Origin: a virus | Taxonomy: Duplodnaviria > Heunggongvirae > Uroviricota > Caudoviricetes | Virus record (IMG/VR): IMGVR_UViG_2740892233_000003 | DNA length: 12,295 nt | Reading direction: 5' to 3' (one strand) | Part shown: piece after piece, positions 1-6,096 of the stretch | Layout of the letters: the number at the start of each line of letters is the position of its first letter | How positions within the stretch are numbered: the first letter of the stretch is position 1 | Position numbers and translations under genes: made by a program | The notes under the pieces: model-generated | The model's input: the letters and a program-made list of their open reading frames with translations, nothing else | Database searches by the model: none | What the model was told of the DNA's origin: nothing

Positions 1-130
1 TCTTCGATTCATGACAGCCAATCATCTTTGCCAGACCGCGCTGGGTAAGCGTTGACAGGTTGATGAGTAAATCTGTTTCTGCGCGATCAATTTCTCGCTG
101 TGTTAGCTTGCTGTAACTTGCTTGTGCCAT
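1..130 (-). CDS. cII: CII-family transcriptional activator, N-terminal 43 codons only (runs off the window start)
   Basis: Reverse-strand translation from ATG at 130 gives MAQASYSKLTQREIDRAETDLLINLSTLTQRGLAKMIGCHESK, near-identical to the N-terminus of the complete CII-like ORF at 2299-2589. Lies downstream of cro and nutR as in lambda. Confidence 0.7.
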   Translation of the reverse strand, partial: MAQASYSKLTQREIDRAETDLLINLSTLTQRGLAKMIGCHESK

Positions 131-191
131 TTGTTAATTTTCCTATATTGATATATAGCGGCACACCCAGTGGATTTGCCGCTGATGTTTG

Positions 192-233
192 CTCACCCGG
201 TTAGAGGTGAAAGGCCAGAACTGTTAAAGAGCA
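192..233 (-). promoter_or_regulatory. nutR-like site of module 1 (boxA plus boxB hairpin) on the cro/cII transcript
   Basis: Reverse strand reads TGCTCTTTAACA (boxA-like) followed by TTCACCTCTAACCGGGTGAG, a stem-loop (UCACC / GGUGA). As I recall it, this matches the phi21-type boxB. Position between cro and cII is correct for nutR. Confidence 0.5.
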
Positions 234-239
234 ATTTAC

Positions 240-425
240 TTATGCCGCTTGGCGGTAAGCACTTTCTTGATACTTCAGGGCGCCAGCTGTAACGATTTCC
301 AATCGATAGGCGTCTTTCTCTGGGATAACTTCTTTCCACTGAGAGACTGCTGCATCGCTAATGCCTAGTGCTTTAGCAACAGCACGCTGGGTTCCGAAGT
401 GGTCAATAACATCTTTTTTGTACAT
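240..425 (-). CDS. cro: Cro repressor, P22-type (61 aa)
   Basis: Translation MYKKDVIDHFGTQRAVAKALGISDAAVSQWKEVIPEKDAYRLEIVTAGALKYQESAYRQAA matches my memory of P22 Cro almost residue for residue. Divergent from the c2 repressor across an operator region. Confidence 0.85.
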   Translation of the reverse strand: MYKKDVIDHFGTQRAVAKALGISDAAVSQWKEVIPEKDAYRLEIVTAGALKYQESAYRQAA

Positions 426-439
426 AGACTCGCTCCGAA

Positions 440-505
440 ATTAAAGAACACTTAAATTATCCACCAAAGGAATCTTAAGTCAAGTTTATTTAAGATGTCT
501 TAACT
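440..505. promoter_or_regulatory. OR operator/promoter region of module 1 (three P22-type 18-bp operators, pR/pRM)
   Basis: Three sites fit the P22 operator pattern ANTNAAG-N4-CTTNANT: 440-457 ATTAAAGAACACTTAAAT, 463-480 ACCAAAGGAATCTTAAGT, 488-505 ATTTAAGATGTCTTAACT. The last abuts the c2 start codon. Confidence 0.65.
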
Positions 506-1156
506 ATGAATACACAACTGATGGGTGAGCGTATTCGCGCTCGCAGAAAAGAACTCAAGATTAGGCAGGCTGCCCTTGGCAAGATGGTTGGCGTGTCTAA
601 TGTTGCTATTTCCCAATGGGAGCGATCTGAAACTGAGCCCAATGGCGAAAACCTATTGGCCTTAGCCAAGGCTTTGCAGTGCTCCCCTGATTACCTGTTG
701 AAAGGAGAGGATAGTCTTTCAAACATTGCCTATCACAGCAGGCATGATCCAAGAGGTTCGTATCCTCTAATTAGTTGGGTAAGCGCAGGATGTTGGATGG
801 AAGCTGTAGAGCCATATCATAGGCGTGCAATAGATAACTGGTACGACACAACGGTAGATTGTTCTGAAGACTCTTTTTGGCTCGACGTTAAAGGTGATTC
901 AATGACTGCCCCGGCAGGACTGAGTATTCCTGAAGGGATGATTATTCTCGTCGACCCAGAAGTCGAACCACGTAATGGAAAGCTGGTAGTCGCCAAACTT
1001 GAAGGAGAAAACGAGGCGACATTCAAAAAGTTAGTTATTGATGCCGGTAGAAAATTCCTGAAACCACTCAATCCACAATACCCAATGATTGAAATCAATG
1101 GGAACTGTAAAATCATTGGCGTTGTCGTTGATGCCAAGCTAGCAAACCTTCCTTAA
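506..1156 (+). CDS. c2: C2 repressor, P22-type, LexA/S24 peptidase family (216 aa)
   Basis: Translation MNTQLMGERIRARRKELKIRQAALGKMVGVSNVAISQWERSETEPNGENLLALAKALQC... is near-identical to my memory of P22 C2. N-terminal HTH, C-terminal S24 autocleavage domain with GDSM motif and catalytic Lys. Confidence 0.9.
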   Translation: MNTQLMGERIRARRKELKIRQAALGKMVGVSNVAISQWERSETEPNGENLLALAKALQCSPDYLLKGEDSLSNIAYHSRHDPRGSYPLISWVSAGCWMEAVEPYHRRAIDNWYDTTVDCSEDSFWLDVKGDSMTAPAGLSIPEGMIILVDPEVEPRNGKLVVAKLEGENEATFKKLVIDAGRKFLKPLNPQYPMIEINGNCKIIGVVVDAKLANLP

Positions 1157-1180
1157 GGGGCTTTCGCCCCTTTTTTATTT
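1157..1180 (+). terminator. Rho-independent terminator after c2
   Basis: GGGGC-tttc-GCCCC hairpin followed by TTTTTTATTT, directly after the c2 stop codon. Confidence 0.7.
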
Positions 1181-1220
1181 CCCGTTAAAAATCAAAGACA
1201 AACTAAATTCGCGCCCATAA

Positions 1221-1274
1221 AATTAAGTTTTCTTCAAAAATGCACTTGACCAAAAAATTAAGAGGTCTTAAATT
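1221..1274 (+). promoter_or_regulatory. OL operators and pL promoter of module 1
   Basis: P22-type operator-like sites AATTAAGTTTTCTTCAAA (1221-1238) and AATTAAGAGGTCTTAAAT (1256-1273). TTGACC -35 at 1246-1251 and TAAATT -10 at 1269-1274 with 17-bp spacing, reading toward N. Confidence 0.55.
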
Positions 1275-1320
1275 TAAGCCGTCAGCAGGAGGCTGGAAGC
1301 CAAACGGAACAGATTGGCAG

Positions 1321-1359
1321 GCTCTTTAACATCGACGAACTCTCAACCTAACCGTTGAG
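1321..1359 (+). promoter_or_regulatory. nutL-like site of module 1 (boxA GCTCTTTAACA plus boxB hairpin)
   Basis: boxA-like GCTCTTTAACA at 1321-1331. Hairpin CTCAAC-ctaacc-GTTGAG at 1342-1359, in the pL leader upstream of N. Confidence 0.55.
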
Positions 1360-1470
1360 ACCAGAACTTGAGTGGTTTTGGGGATGGCGCGAATTGCAGC
1401 TGCAAGACAGCGATCGAGAAGATAAGCACCTCGACGCGTCATGCGCCAAAGCCACTTAAAGGAGACCATC

Positions 1471-1776
1471 ATGGTAACCATTGTCTGGAAAGAATCCAAA
1501 GGTACGGCAAAAAGCCGCTACAAAGCTCGCAGAGCAGAACTTATTGCCGAGCGACGCAGTAATGAAGCACTGGCGCGAAAAATTGCGCTAAAGCTCTCTG
1601 GTTGCGTCAGAGCAGACAAAGCAGCATCACTAGGAAGCCTTTGCTGCAAGAAGAAAGAAGAAGTTGTTCGAAAAAATAGAAGTATTTATTACAAGGATTC
1701 AAACCCATTAGGAAACAAAATACATGCAGTCCAAAAAATAAAATTGTACAGTAAACTACCGTACGGTGCTTATTGA
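1471..1776 (+). CDS. N: N-type transcription antiterminator with phi21-like arginine-rich motif (101 aa)
   Basis: AGGAG 6 nt upstream of ATG 1471. Translation MVTIVWKESKGTAKSRYKARRAELIAERR... contains GTAKSRYKARRAELIAERR, which I recall as the phi21 N boxB-binding peptide. First gene after pL and nutL. The upstream ATG at 1441 has no ribosome-binding site. Confidence 0.75.
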   Translation: MVTIVWKESKGTAKSRYKARRAELIAERRSNEALARKIALKLSGCVRADKAASLGSLCCKKKEEVVRKNRSIYYKDSNPLGNKIHAVQKIKLYSKLPYGAY

Positions 1777-1784
1777 GTATGCTT

Positions 1785-2117
1785 ATGGTGAAAAAGACTA
1801 TTTATGTTAATCCTGACCGCGGACAAAACAGAAAAGTATCTGATAGAGGTCTTACATCTCGAGACAGGAGGAGAATAGCGAGATGGGAAAAGAGGATAGC
1901 ATATGCATTAAAAAACGGTGTAACACCTGGATTTAATGCTATAGATGACGGTCCTGAATATAAGATTAATGAAGACCCAATGGACAAAGTTGACAAAGCA
2001 TTAGCAACACCATTTCCTCGCGATGTCGAAAAAATTGAAGATGAAAAATATGAGGATGTAATGCACAGAGTTGTTAATCACGCTCACCAACGAAATCCAA
2101 ATAAAAAATGGTCATAG
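1785..2117 (+). CDS. nun: Nun-like transcription termination / phage exclusion factor (HK022 Nun homolog, 110 aa)
   Basis: Translation MVKKTIYVNPDRGQNRKVSDRGLTSRDRRRIARWEKRIAYALKNGV...HAHQRNPNKKWS. Arginine-rich motif SRDRRRIARWEKRIAYALK and the C-terminal KKWS tail (penultimate Trp) are the hallmarks of HK022 Nun as I remember it. Start is 8 nt after the N stop. Confidence 0.8.
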   Translation: MVKKTIYVNPDRGQNRKVSDRGLTSRDRRRIARWEKRIAYALKNGVTPGFNAIDDGPEYKINEDPMDKVDKALATPFPRDVEKIEDEKYEDVMHRVVNHAHQRNPNKKWS

Positions 2118-2137
2118 CCCACTTCGGTGGGTTTTTT
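2118..2137 (+). terminator. Rho-independent terminator after nun
   Basis: CCCAC-ttcg-GTGGG hairpin followed by TTTTTT, immediately after the stop codon. Confidence 0.7.
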
Positions 2138-2288
2138 ATTGGCTGAACTAACCTAATTTATTACAGCAAGCCACGCAGTGAAATGGGTGTGACTTGTGTT
2201 GGTCGCCAGAAAATGAAATTAGGCAGCAAACCACTTATTTGAGGTGAGATATGACAAAATCATGGAGCGTACCTTTTCCTGAATCAGN

Positions 2289-2298
2289 NNNNNNNNNC
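2289..2298. other. Run of 10 N (assembly gap or masked bases)
   Basis: Literal n characters. The flanks are not collinear: a + strand gene start (RBS GAGGTGA, ATG 2251) on the left, the 3' end of a - strand cII on the right. Confidence 0.95.
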
Positions 2299-2589
2299 CA
2301 TCTGGATTTGTTCAGAACGCTCGGTCTTGCACACCGGGCGTTTTTTATTGGTGAGTCCATCAAGCGCATACTTAAAAGCTCTGCTAATCGGACTGATGTC
2401 TGATGCCATTCCGAAAGCACACAAGACCGAAGCAATAAATCTCCAGTCCGTTCTGCTTATCTTCGATTCATGACAGCCAATCATCTTTGCCAGACCGCGC
2501 TGGGTAAGCGTTGACAGGTTGATAAGTAAATCTGTTTCTGCGCGATCAACATCACGCTGTGATAGTTTGCTGTAACTTGTTTGTTCCAT
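2299..2589 (-). CDS. cII: CII-family transcriptional activator, module 2 (C-terminal few codons and stop lost in the N run)
   Basis: Translation MEQTSYSKLSQRDVDRAETDLLINLSTLTQRGLAKMIGCHESKISRTDWRF...LTNKKRPVCKTERSEQIQM. The C-terminal NKKRP...TERSEQIQM matches the lambda CII C-terminus as I recall it. ATG at 2589. Confidence 0.75.
2460..2589. repeat. 130-bp near-identical copy of window positions 1-130 (cII 5' coding region)
   Basis: Direct comparison of the two stretches shows only a handful of mismatches. Both encode CII N-termini. Confidence 0.9.
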
Positions 2590-2674
2590 TTCTTAAGATT
2601 TCCAATAGTGAATAGCTAGTTGAAAGGTATGCGTGGAAACGCATATGGCCTTAGTTGGTCAGATATCTTGGAAC

Positions 2675-2720
2675 TCGCTTTTCAGCGACGTAGGACGAAT
2701 GTCCGTTGTTACAAAGAGCG
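2675..2720 (-). promoter_or_regulatory. nutR-like site of module 2 (boxA CGCTCTTTGTAACA plus boxB TCGCTGAAAAGCGA, read on the - strand)
   Basis: Reverse complement of 2707-2720 is CGCTCTTTGTAACA. Reverse complement of 2675-2688 is TCGCTGAAAAGCGA, a GAAAA-loop hairpin like lambda boxB. Lies between the cro-like gene and cII. Confidence 0.45.
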
Positions 2721-2727
2721 GGGTTAC

Positions 2728-2961
2728 TTATGCTGCTGATGCTCTACGCGATACGAACACCAGATTTTCCTTTTTCACAGGTTTATAACCCGTGAAATTA
2801 CGAGTGGCTTCTTCGATTGCATTCGCTTTATCTGGGGAAGCTCTTCGAAACCCATATACAATCTGATCAAGATAGCCAACTGAAGTATTCGCTAATGCGG
2901 CGAGTCGCTTCCATTCCTCACTAGAAGCCTCTTTTCGCCAGCGTAGTAGTTCATTACTCAT
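2728..2961 (-). CDS. Cro-like HTH DNA-binding regulator of module 2 (77 aa)
   Basis: Divergently placed from the repressor across an operator region. GGAGG ribosome-binding site upstream. Small HTH-like protein. Called by position and size, not by recognised sequence identity. Confidence 0.6.
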   Translation of the reverse strand: MSNELLRWRKEASSEEWKRLAALANTSVGYLDQIVYGFRRASPDKANAIEEATRNFTGYKPVKKENLVFVSRRASAA

Positions 2962-2970
2962 TAGTGCCTC

Positions 2971-3058
2971 CGTTTATCACACAGAGCGACTTTACCATTT
3001 TGATAAATAAAACGCAATGAAGATTTATCAAAATGCATATTTATCCATTTGCTAAATA
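2971..3058. promoter_or_regulatory. OR operator/promoter region of module 2 (TTTATCA-type half-sites)
   Basis: Repeated TTTATCA / TGATAAA half-sites. Perfect 11-bp inverted repeat TTTTGATAAAT (2998-3008) and ATTTATCAAAA (3023-3033). Further copies at 2973-2979 and 3040-3049. Confidence 0.45.
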
Positions 3059-3074
3059 GAGGGAGAATCGTGGG

Positions 3075-3779
3075 ATGGAAAACAAAGATATTCGCAAATC
3101 GAATCTGGCGTTTTTGCTAGATGAGCATAAAAAAATCGCGGGTAACACTAATGCAAGCTTTGCCGATAAGCTTGGAGTTAGCCCTTCTCAACTCACGCAA
3201 GTCTCCGGTGAAAAAAGCACTCGAAACATAGGGGATAAACTAGCAAGAAAATTCGAAGCCGCACTTGGGTTACCTAATGGGTGGCTTGATTTGGTACATG
3301 ATGTAACACCAATTGCATCATGCTCAGATTCTTTAACTTTTGTCGGTCAGGTAAGAAAAGGGTTAGTGCGCGTGGTTGGTGAGGCAATTCTTGGTGTTGA
3401 TGGTGCCATCGAGATGACCGAAGAGCGCGATGGGTGGCTCAATATTTATAGCGATGATCCAGATGCCTTTGGTCTTCGTGTGAAAGGAGACAGCATGTGG
3501 CCCAGAATAAAATCAGGAGAATATGTACTCATTGAGCCTAACACCAAAGTATTCCCGGGGGATGAGGTGTTTGTCAGAACTGTTGAAGGACACAACATGA
3601 TCAAAGTTCTTGGCTATGACAGAGATGGAGAATACCAATTTACAAGCATCAACCAGGACCACAGGCCAATAACGTTGCCTTATCATCAAGTAGCAAAGGT
3701 GGAGTATGTGGCTGGTATTCTGAAGCAATCTCGCCATCTGGATGACATCGAGGCAAGGGAGTGGCTGAAAAGTTCGTGA
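3075..3779 (+). CDS. cI: CI-type prophage repressor, LexA/S24 peptidase family (234 aa), different specificity from module 1
   Basis: GAGGGAG ribosome-binding site. N-terminal HTH region. C-terminal S24 domain with VKGDSMWPRIKSGEYVLIEP (Ser nucleophile in GDSM, Lys general base). Confidence 0.85.
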   Translation: MENKDIRKSNLAFLLDEHKKIAGNTNASFADKLGVSPSQLTQVSGEKSTRNIGDKLARKFEAALGLPNGWLDLVHDVTPIASCSDSLTFVGQVRKGLVRVVGEAILGVDGAIEMTEERDGWLNIYSDDPDAFGLRVKGDSMWPRIKSGEYVLIEPNTKVFPGDEVFVRTVEGHNMIKVLGYDRDGEYQFTSINQDHRPITLPYHQVAKVEYVAGILKQSRHLDDIEAREWLKSS

Positions 3780-4047
3780 CTTCATCGTCACATAGCTGGT
3801 AACCAGTGGCCTGAAGAGACGTTTGGGTGATGTGATAGAGATCATTATTCAATTCGATTGAGAAAAATCATCATAAGGTTTATATCCATTTATTAGATTT
3901 TATGTGTATAAATAGTTAAAAATGCACGATGTAGAGATATTTGTGCTTAACATCAATTAATCATTGCTAAATCGTGCTTATTGTTCAGAAATCGCCCAAG
4001 TCATATTGAAAATCTGTTGGCGAACACCTATATAAGGAGTATAGTTA

Positions 4048-4410
4048 GTGACCCAAAACGTATTGCCAATCAACAAGAGCTTGCATGACCGAGCTGTTGA
4101 TGAATTTAATCGTCTGCATGGAACAATGATTGGCGAGATTAGTGCAATGCTGAAAACAGCTAAAGTAGCGCCATTGGTGGATCTTCGTAAGAAAGATCCT
4201 ACCTTTTCGAACGTTGTCGCAGAATTACGGACATTCAGAGACGTATGTAATGCTCTGCTCCCATACTTTCGTGTAGATAAGACCAGCGAAATCGCTGTCA
4301 TCGATAAGTTACTTATACTGGCTAATGACCTGGCTCAAGCCATCGATGCTGACGATCCTGACGCATTGTGCGCAGCAATAGCAGCCCTTGATGTTGAGCC
4401 TTACATTTAA
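4048..4410 (+). CDS. Hypothetical protein (120 aa), first gene of a two-gene cassette in the repressor-to-pL slot
   Basis: GTG start at 4048 with AGGAG 8 nt upstream. No recognisable motif. Preceded by about 270 bp of AT-rich DNA. Sits where lambda carries rexAB. Confidence 0.55.
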   Translation: MTQNVLPINKSLHDRAVDEFNRLHGTMIGEISAMLKTAKVAPLVDLRKKDPTFSNVVAELRTFRDVCNALLPYFRVDKTSEIAVIDKLLILANDLAQAIDADDPDALCAAIAALDVEPYI

Positions 4411-4425
4411 ACGAGGGGAAAAAAA

Positions 4426-4554
4426 ATGACTAAAGCGTTTGACTATACTGCCGTTAGTAAGCTTTTGGCTGAAATGCGCGGATGTGTAGAGCGCGTTCAA
4501 AATCTACGCCGCGACTTTGAAGCTCACATCAATCATTCACAAAAAGCGGCTTGA
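4426..4554 (+). CDS. Small hypothetical protein (42 aa), second gene of the cassette
   Basis: GAGGGG ribosome-binding site, then ATG 4426. Translation MTKAFDYTAVSKLLAEMRGCVERVQNLRRDFEAHINHSQKAA. Starts 15 nt after the upstream stop and is followed by a terminator. Absent from the ORF track because it is under 60 aa. Confidence 0.4.
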   Translation: MTKAFDYTAVSKLLAEMRGCVERVQNLRRDFEAHINHSQKAA

Positions 4555-4573
4555 TACTTAAGTTAGATGACAG

Positions 4574-4602
4574 AACCCGGCCTCAGCGCCGGGTTTTCTT
4601 TG
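4574..4602 (+). terminator. Rho-independent terminator closing the two-gene cassette
   Basis: CCCGGC-ctcagc-GCCGGG hairpin followed by TTTTCTTTG. Confidence 0.65.
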
Positions 4603-4782
4603 CCTCACGATCCCCACACCTAATAACACCTTAACCAATTGTATTTATTGAAAAATTGATAGATACAACTTTCTAAACCACGAAATTCTGATCCCCCTCA
4701 AGTCTCTTCATTCCTTCTGATAAATTCCCGCAATCAAATAAAAAACCATAATAATCAACAGGATATTTGAAAACCCAAACAA

Positions 4783-4826
4783 TTTATCATTTTGCTATTG
4801 CCATCAGTTTATCATTTCGATAAAGT
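4783..4826 (+). promoter_or_regulatory. OL operators and pL promoter of module 2
   Basis: TTTATCATTT motif twice (4783-4794, 4808-4819), matching the OR half-sites of this module. -35 TTGCCA at 4798-4803 and -10 TAAAGT at 4821-4826, 17-bp spacer. The downstream leader is homologous to the module-1 pL leader. Confidence 0.45.
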
Positions 4827-4837
4827 CAACTCATCAG

Positions 4838-4887
4838 CAGGACGCTGTAAGCCAAACGGAGCAGACTGGCAGGCTCTTTAAACAACG
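4838..4887. repeat. Conserved pL leader / boxA segment shared with 1283-1332
   Basis: GCAGGA(g/c)GCTG(g/t)AAGCCAAACGGA(a/g)CAGA(t/c)TGGCAGGCTCTTTAA is shared between the two modules. Confidence 0.8.
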
Positions 4888-4918
4888 TCGAACACTCGAC
4901 TACGTGGCTGAAAAGCCA
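4872..4918 (+). promoter_or_regulatory. nutL-like site of module 2 (boxA GGCTCTTTAAACA plus boxB TGGCTGAAAAGCCA)
   Basis: boxA-like at 4872-4884. GAAAA-loop hairpin at 4905-4918. A second small hairpin GTCGA-acac-TCGAC lies between them at 4887-4900. Confidence 0.5.
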
Positions 4919-5016
4919 GATCACCCAACCACATAAGCTGTGGGATGCAATGCCGAAGTAACCGTCTCAGGAGGAGCTTCGAGATTGCATCGCCAAAGTT
5001 TATTCGGGAGGAATCT

Positions 5017-5289
5017 ATGTCCAGAAAAACAGAATTTAAAGGCACCGCAGCTTCTCGCCGTAGAGCTCGTCGCGCAAACCTGCAAAGTCAGGAGGCGATT
5101 AGCTCCGACAAGCTACACAGGCCAACCCCTTCACGAGTGGTCTTGCAATGCAAGCGCAAACCAGCAATGAGAGCAGAAGTTATAACTCTGACAACGTTGA
5201 CCAGAAAATATGAAGGTTCAACTTGTCTTCCAAACGTAGCCATTTACGCGGCAGGCTACCGGAAATCAAAACAACTGACAGCGAGGTGA
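5017..5289 (+). CDS. N: N-type antiterminator, P22 gp24-like (90 aa)
   Basis: GGGAGGA ribosome-binding site before ATG 5017. N-terminal arginine-rich motif TAASRRRARRANLQ. C-terminus ...AIYAAGYRKSKQLTAR resembles what I recall of the P22 gene 24 product. The upstream in-frame ATG at 4945 has no ribosome-binding site. Confidence 0.7.
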   Translation: MSRKTEFKGTAASRRRARRANLQSQEAISSDKLHRPTPSRVVLQCKRKPAMRAEVITLTTLTRKYEGSTCLPNVAIYAAGYRKSKQLTAR

Positions 5290-5312
5290 CGATCCCCCCC
5301 GCCGTAGAGGAA

Positions 5313-5852
5313 CTAAATTAGCTCATCAGCTTTACCAGCAAAGCGCATATAACACTCATGGAACCAGACGTCAGGTATAACAAATTTCTCTTTACCTGAC
5401 GCGCTGTAAGTCACACCTGAGCGATGGAGAAGGCCTTTTCTCATAAGAGATAAAGCGACCGGATCGCCGTGCTTAAGTACGATTTTGTTATTTGCCATAA
5501 CAGCAAATGCTAAAACCTCTTTTTCCTGAATACTCAGAGAATTGAATAGGCGCTCAGTCTCCACAATTACTTTAGCCTCATCTCTCTTACTGAGATATTT
5601 TTTATATCTGTCTGAAGATGCCAGAAATATAAACTCCATCCCCCTGTTCAGAACATAACTGATACACAAAAGCATTGCGTAATACATCCAGTGATCTGGA
5701 AGTATTTCGGGGTTCCTTATATCTACCCACTCTTTAATTGATGCTGGGGTGATTATTATCAAGGCAATTAAAATAATAAGCATATGAATTAACTGTTGTA
5801 GCGTAAGACCACGCAGGAAGAAACGTAATAGTTCCTGCCACCAGTTACTCAT
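5313..5852 (-). CDS. sieB: SieB-like superinfection exclusion membrane protein (179 aa)
   Basis: Encoded antisense to the pL operon, convergent with N, as sieB is in lambda and P22. Hydrophobic segments LIHMLIILIALIIITPA and YYAMLLCISYVL near the N-terminus. Size fits. Identification is positional and architectural. Confidence 0.55.
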   Translation of the reverse strand: MSNWWQELLRFFLRGLTLQQLIHMLIILIALIIITPASIKEWVDIRNPEILPDHWMYYAMLLCISYVLNRGMEFIFLASSDRYKKYLSKRDEAKVIVETERLFNSLSIQEKEVLAFAVMANNKIVLKHGDPVALSLMRKGLLHRSGVTYSASGKEKFVIPDVWFHECYMRFAGKADELI

Positions 5853-6070
5853 CGGTGAATCTCCATCATTCTCTCTGTAGGGGTGAATAGAGTTTATCCG
5901 ATTTCTCGCTGTAGGGGTACACGAGAACCACCGAGCCTGATGTGGTTAAAAGACAGGCATACGAATAAACACTGCACTGTGTATTCATTCCAACGAGTGA
6001 ATACACGGAGCAATGTCGCTCGTAACTAAACAGGAGCCGACTTGTTCTGATTATTGGAAATCTTCTTTGC

Positions 6071-6096
6071 CCTCCAGTGTGAGGGCAATTTTTTTG
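6071..6096 (+). terminator. Rho-independent terminator immediately upstream of a strong ribosome-binding site
   Basis: GCCCTC-cagtgt-GAGGGC hairpin, then A plus TTTTTTT, followed at once by GACGGAGGA and ATG 6108. Confidence 0.6.

Noticed and set aside
817-1137. 106-aa ORF antisense to the c2 repressor
   Set aside because: Lies entirely within a confidently identified P22-type c2 gene. Ser/Thr-rich antisense composition, no ribosome-binding site.
1368-1562. 64-aa + strand ORF overlapping nutL and the start of N, and the ATG at 1441 as an N start
   Set aside because: No ribosome-binding site. The strong AGGAG is positioned for ATG 1471, which gives the canonical N N-terminus.
2235-2435. 66-aa - strand ORF spanning the N run
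   Set aside because: Its reading frame runs through the 10 undetermined bases (XXXX in the translation) and overlaps the cII 3' end. Not interpretable.
2635-2650. Palindrome ATGCGTGGAAACGCAT between nutR and cII of module 2, considered as a tR1-like terminator
   Set aside because: No U-tract on either strand. tR1 in lambda is Rho-dependent, so no sequence-level call is possible.
3513-3852. Two - strand ORFs (110 and 67 aa) overlapping the 3' half of the CI-type repressor
   Set aside because: Antisense to a well-supported repressor gene. No ribosome-binding site and no recognisable domain.
3978-4301. 107-aa - strand ORF overlapping the 120-aa cassette gene
   Set aside because: The + strand gene has a strong ribosome-binding site and a downstream terminator. 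The - strand translation is Ser/Thr/Arg-rich with no start signals.
4309-4500. 63-aa - strand ORF across the junction of the two cassette genes
   Set aside because: Overlaps two + strand genes that have ribosome-binding sites. No signals of its own.
4940-5170. 76-aa + strand ORF, and the 4945 start of the N-like ORF
   Set aside because: Alternative frame and extended start upstream of the ribosome-binding site. ATG 5017 with GGGAGGA gives the arginine-rich motif near the N-terminus as expected for N proteins.
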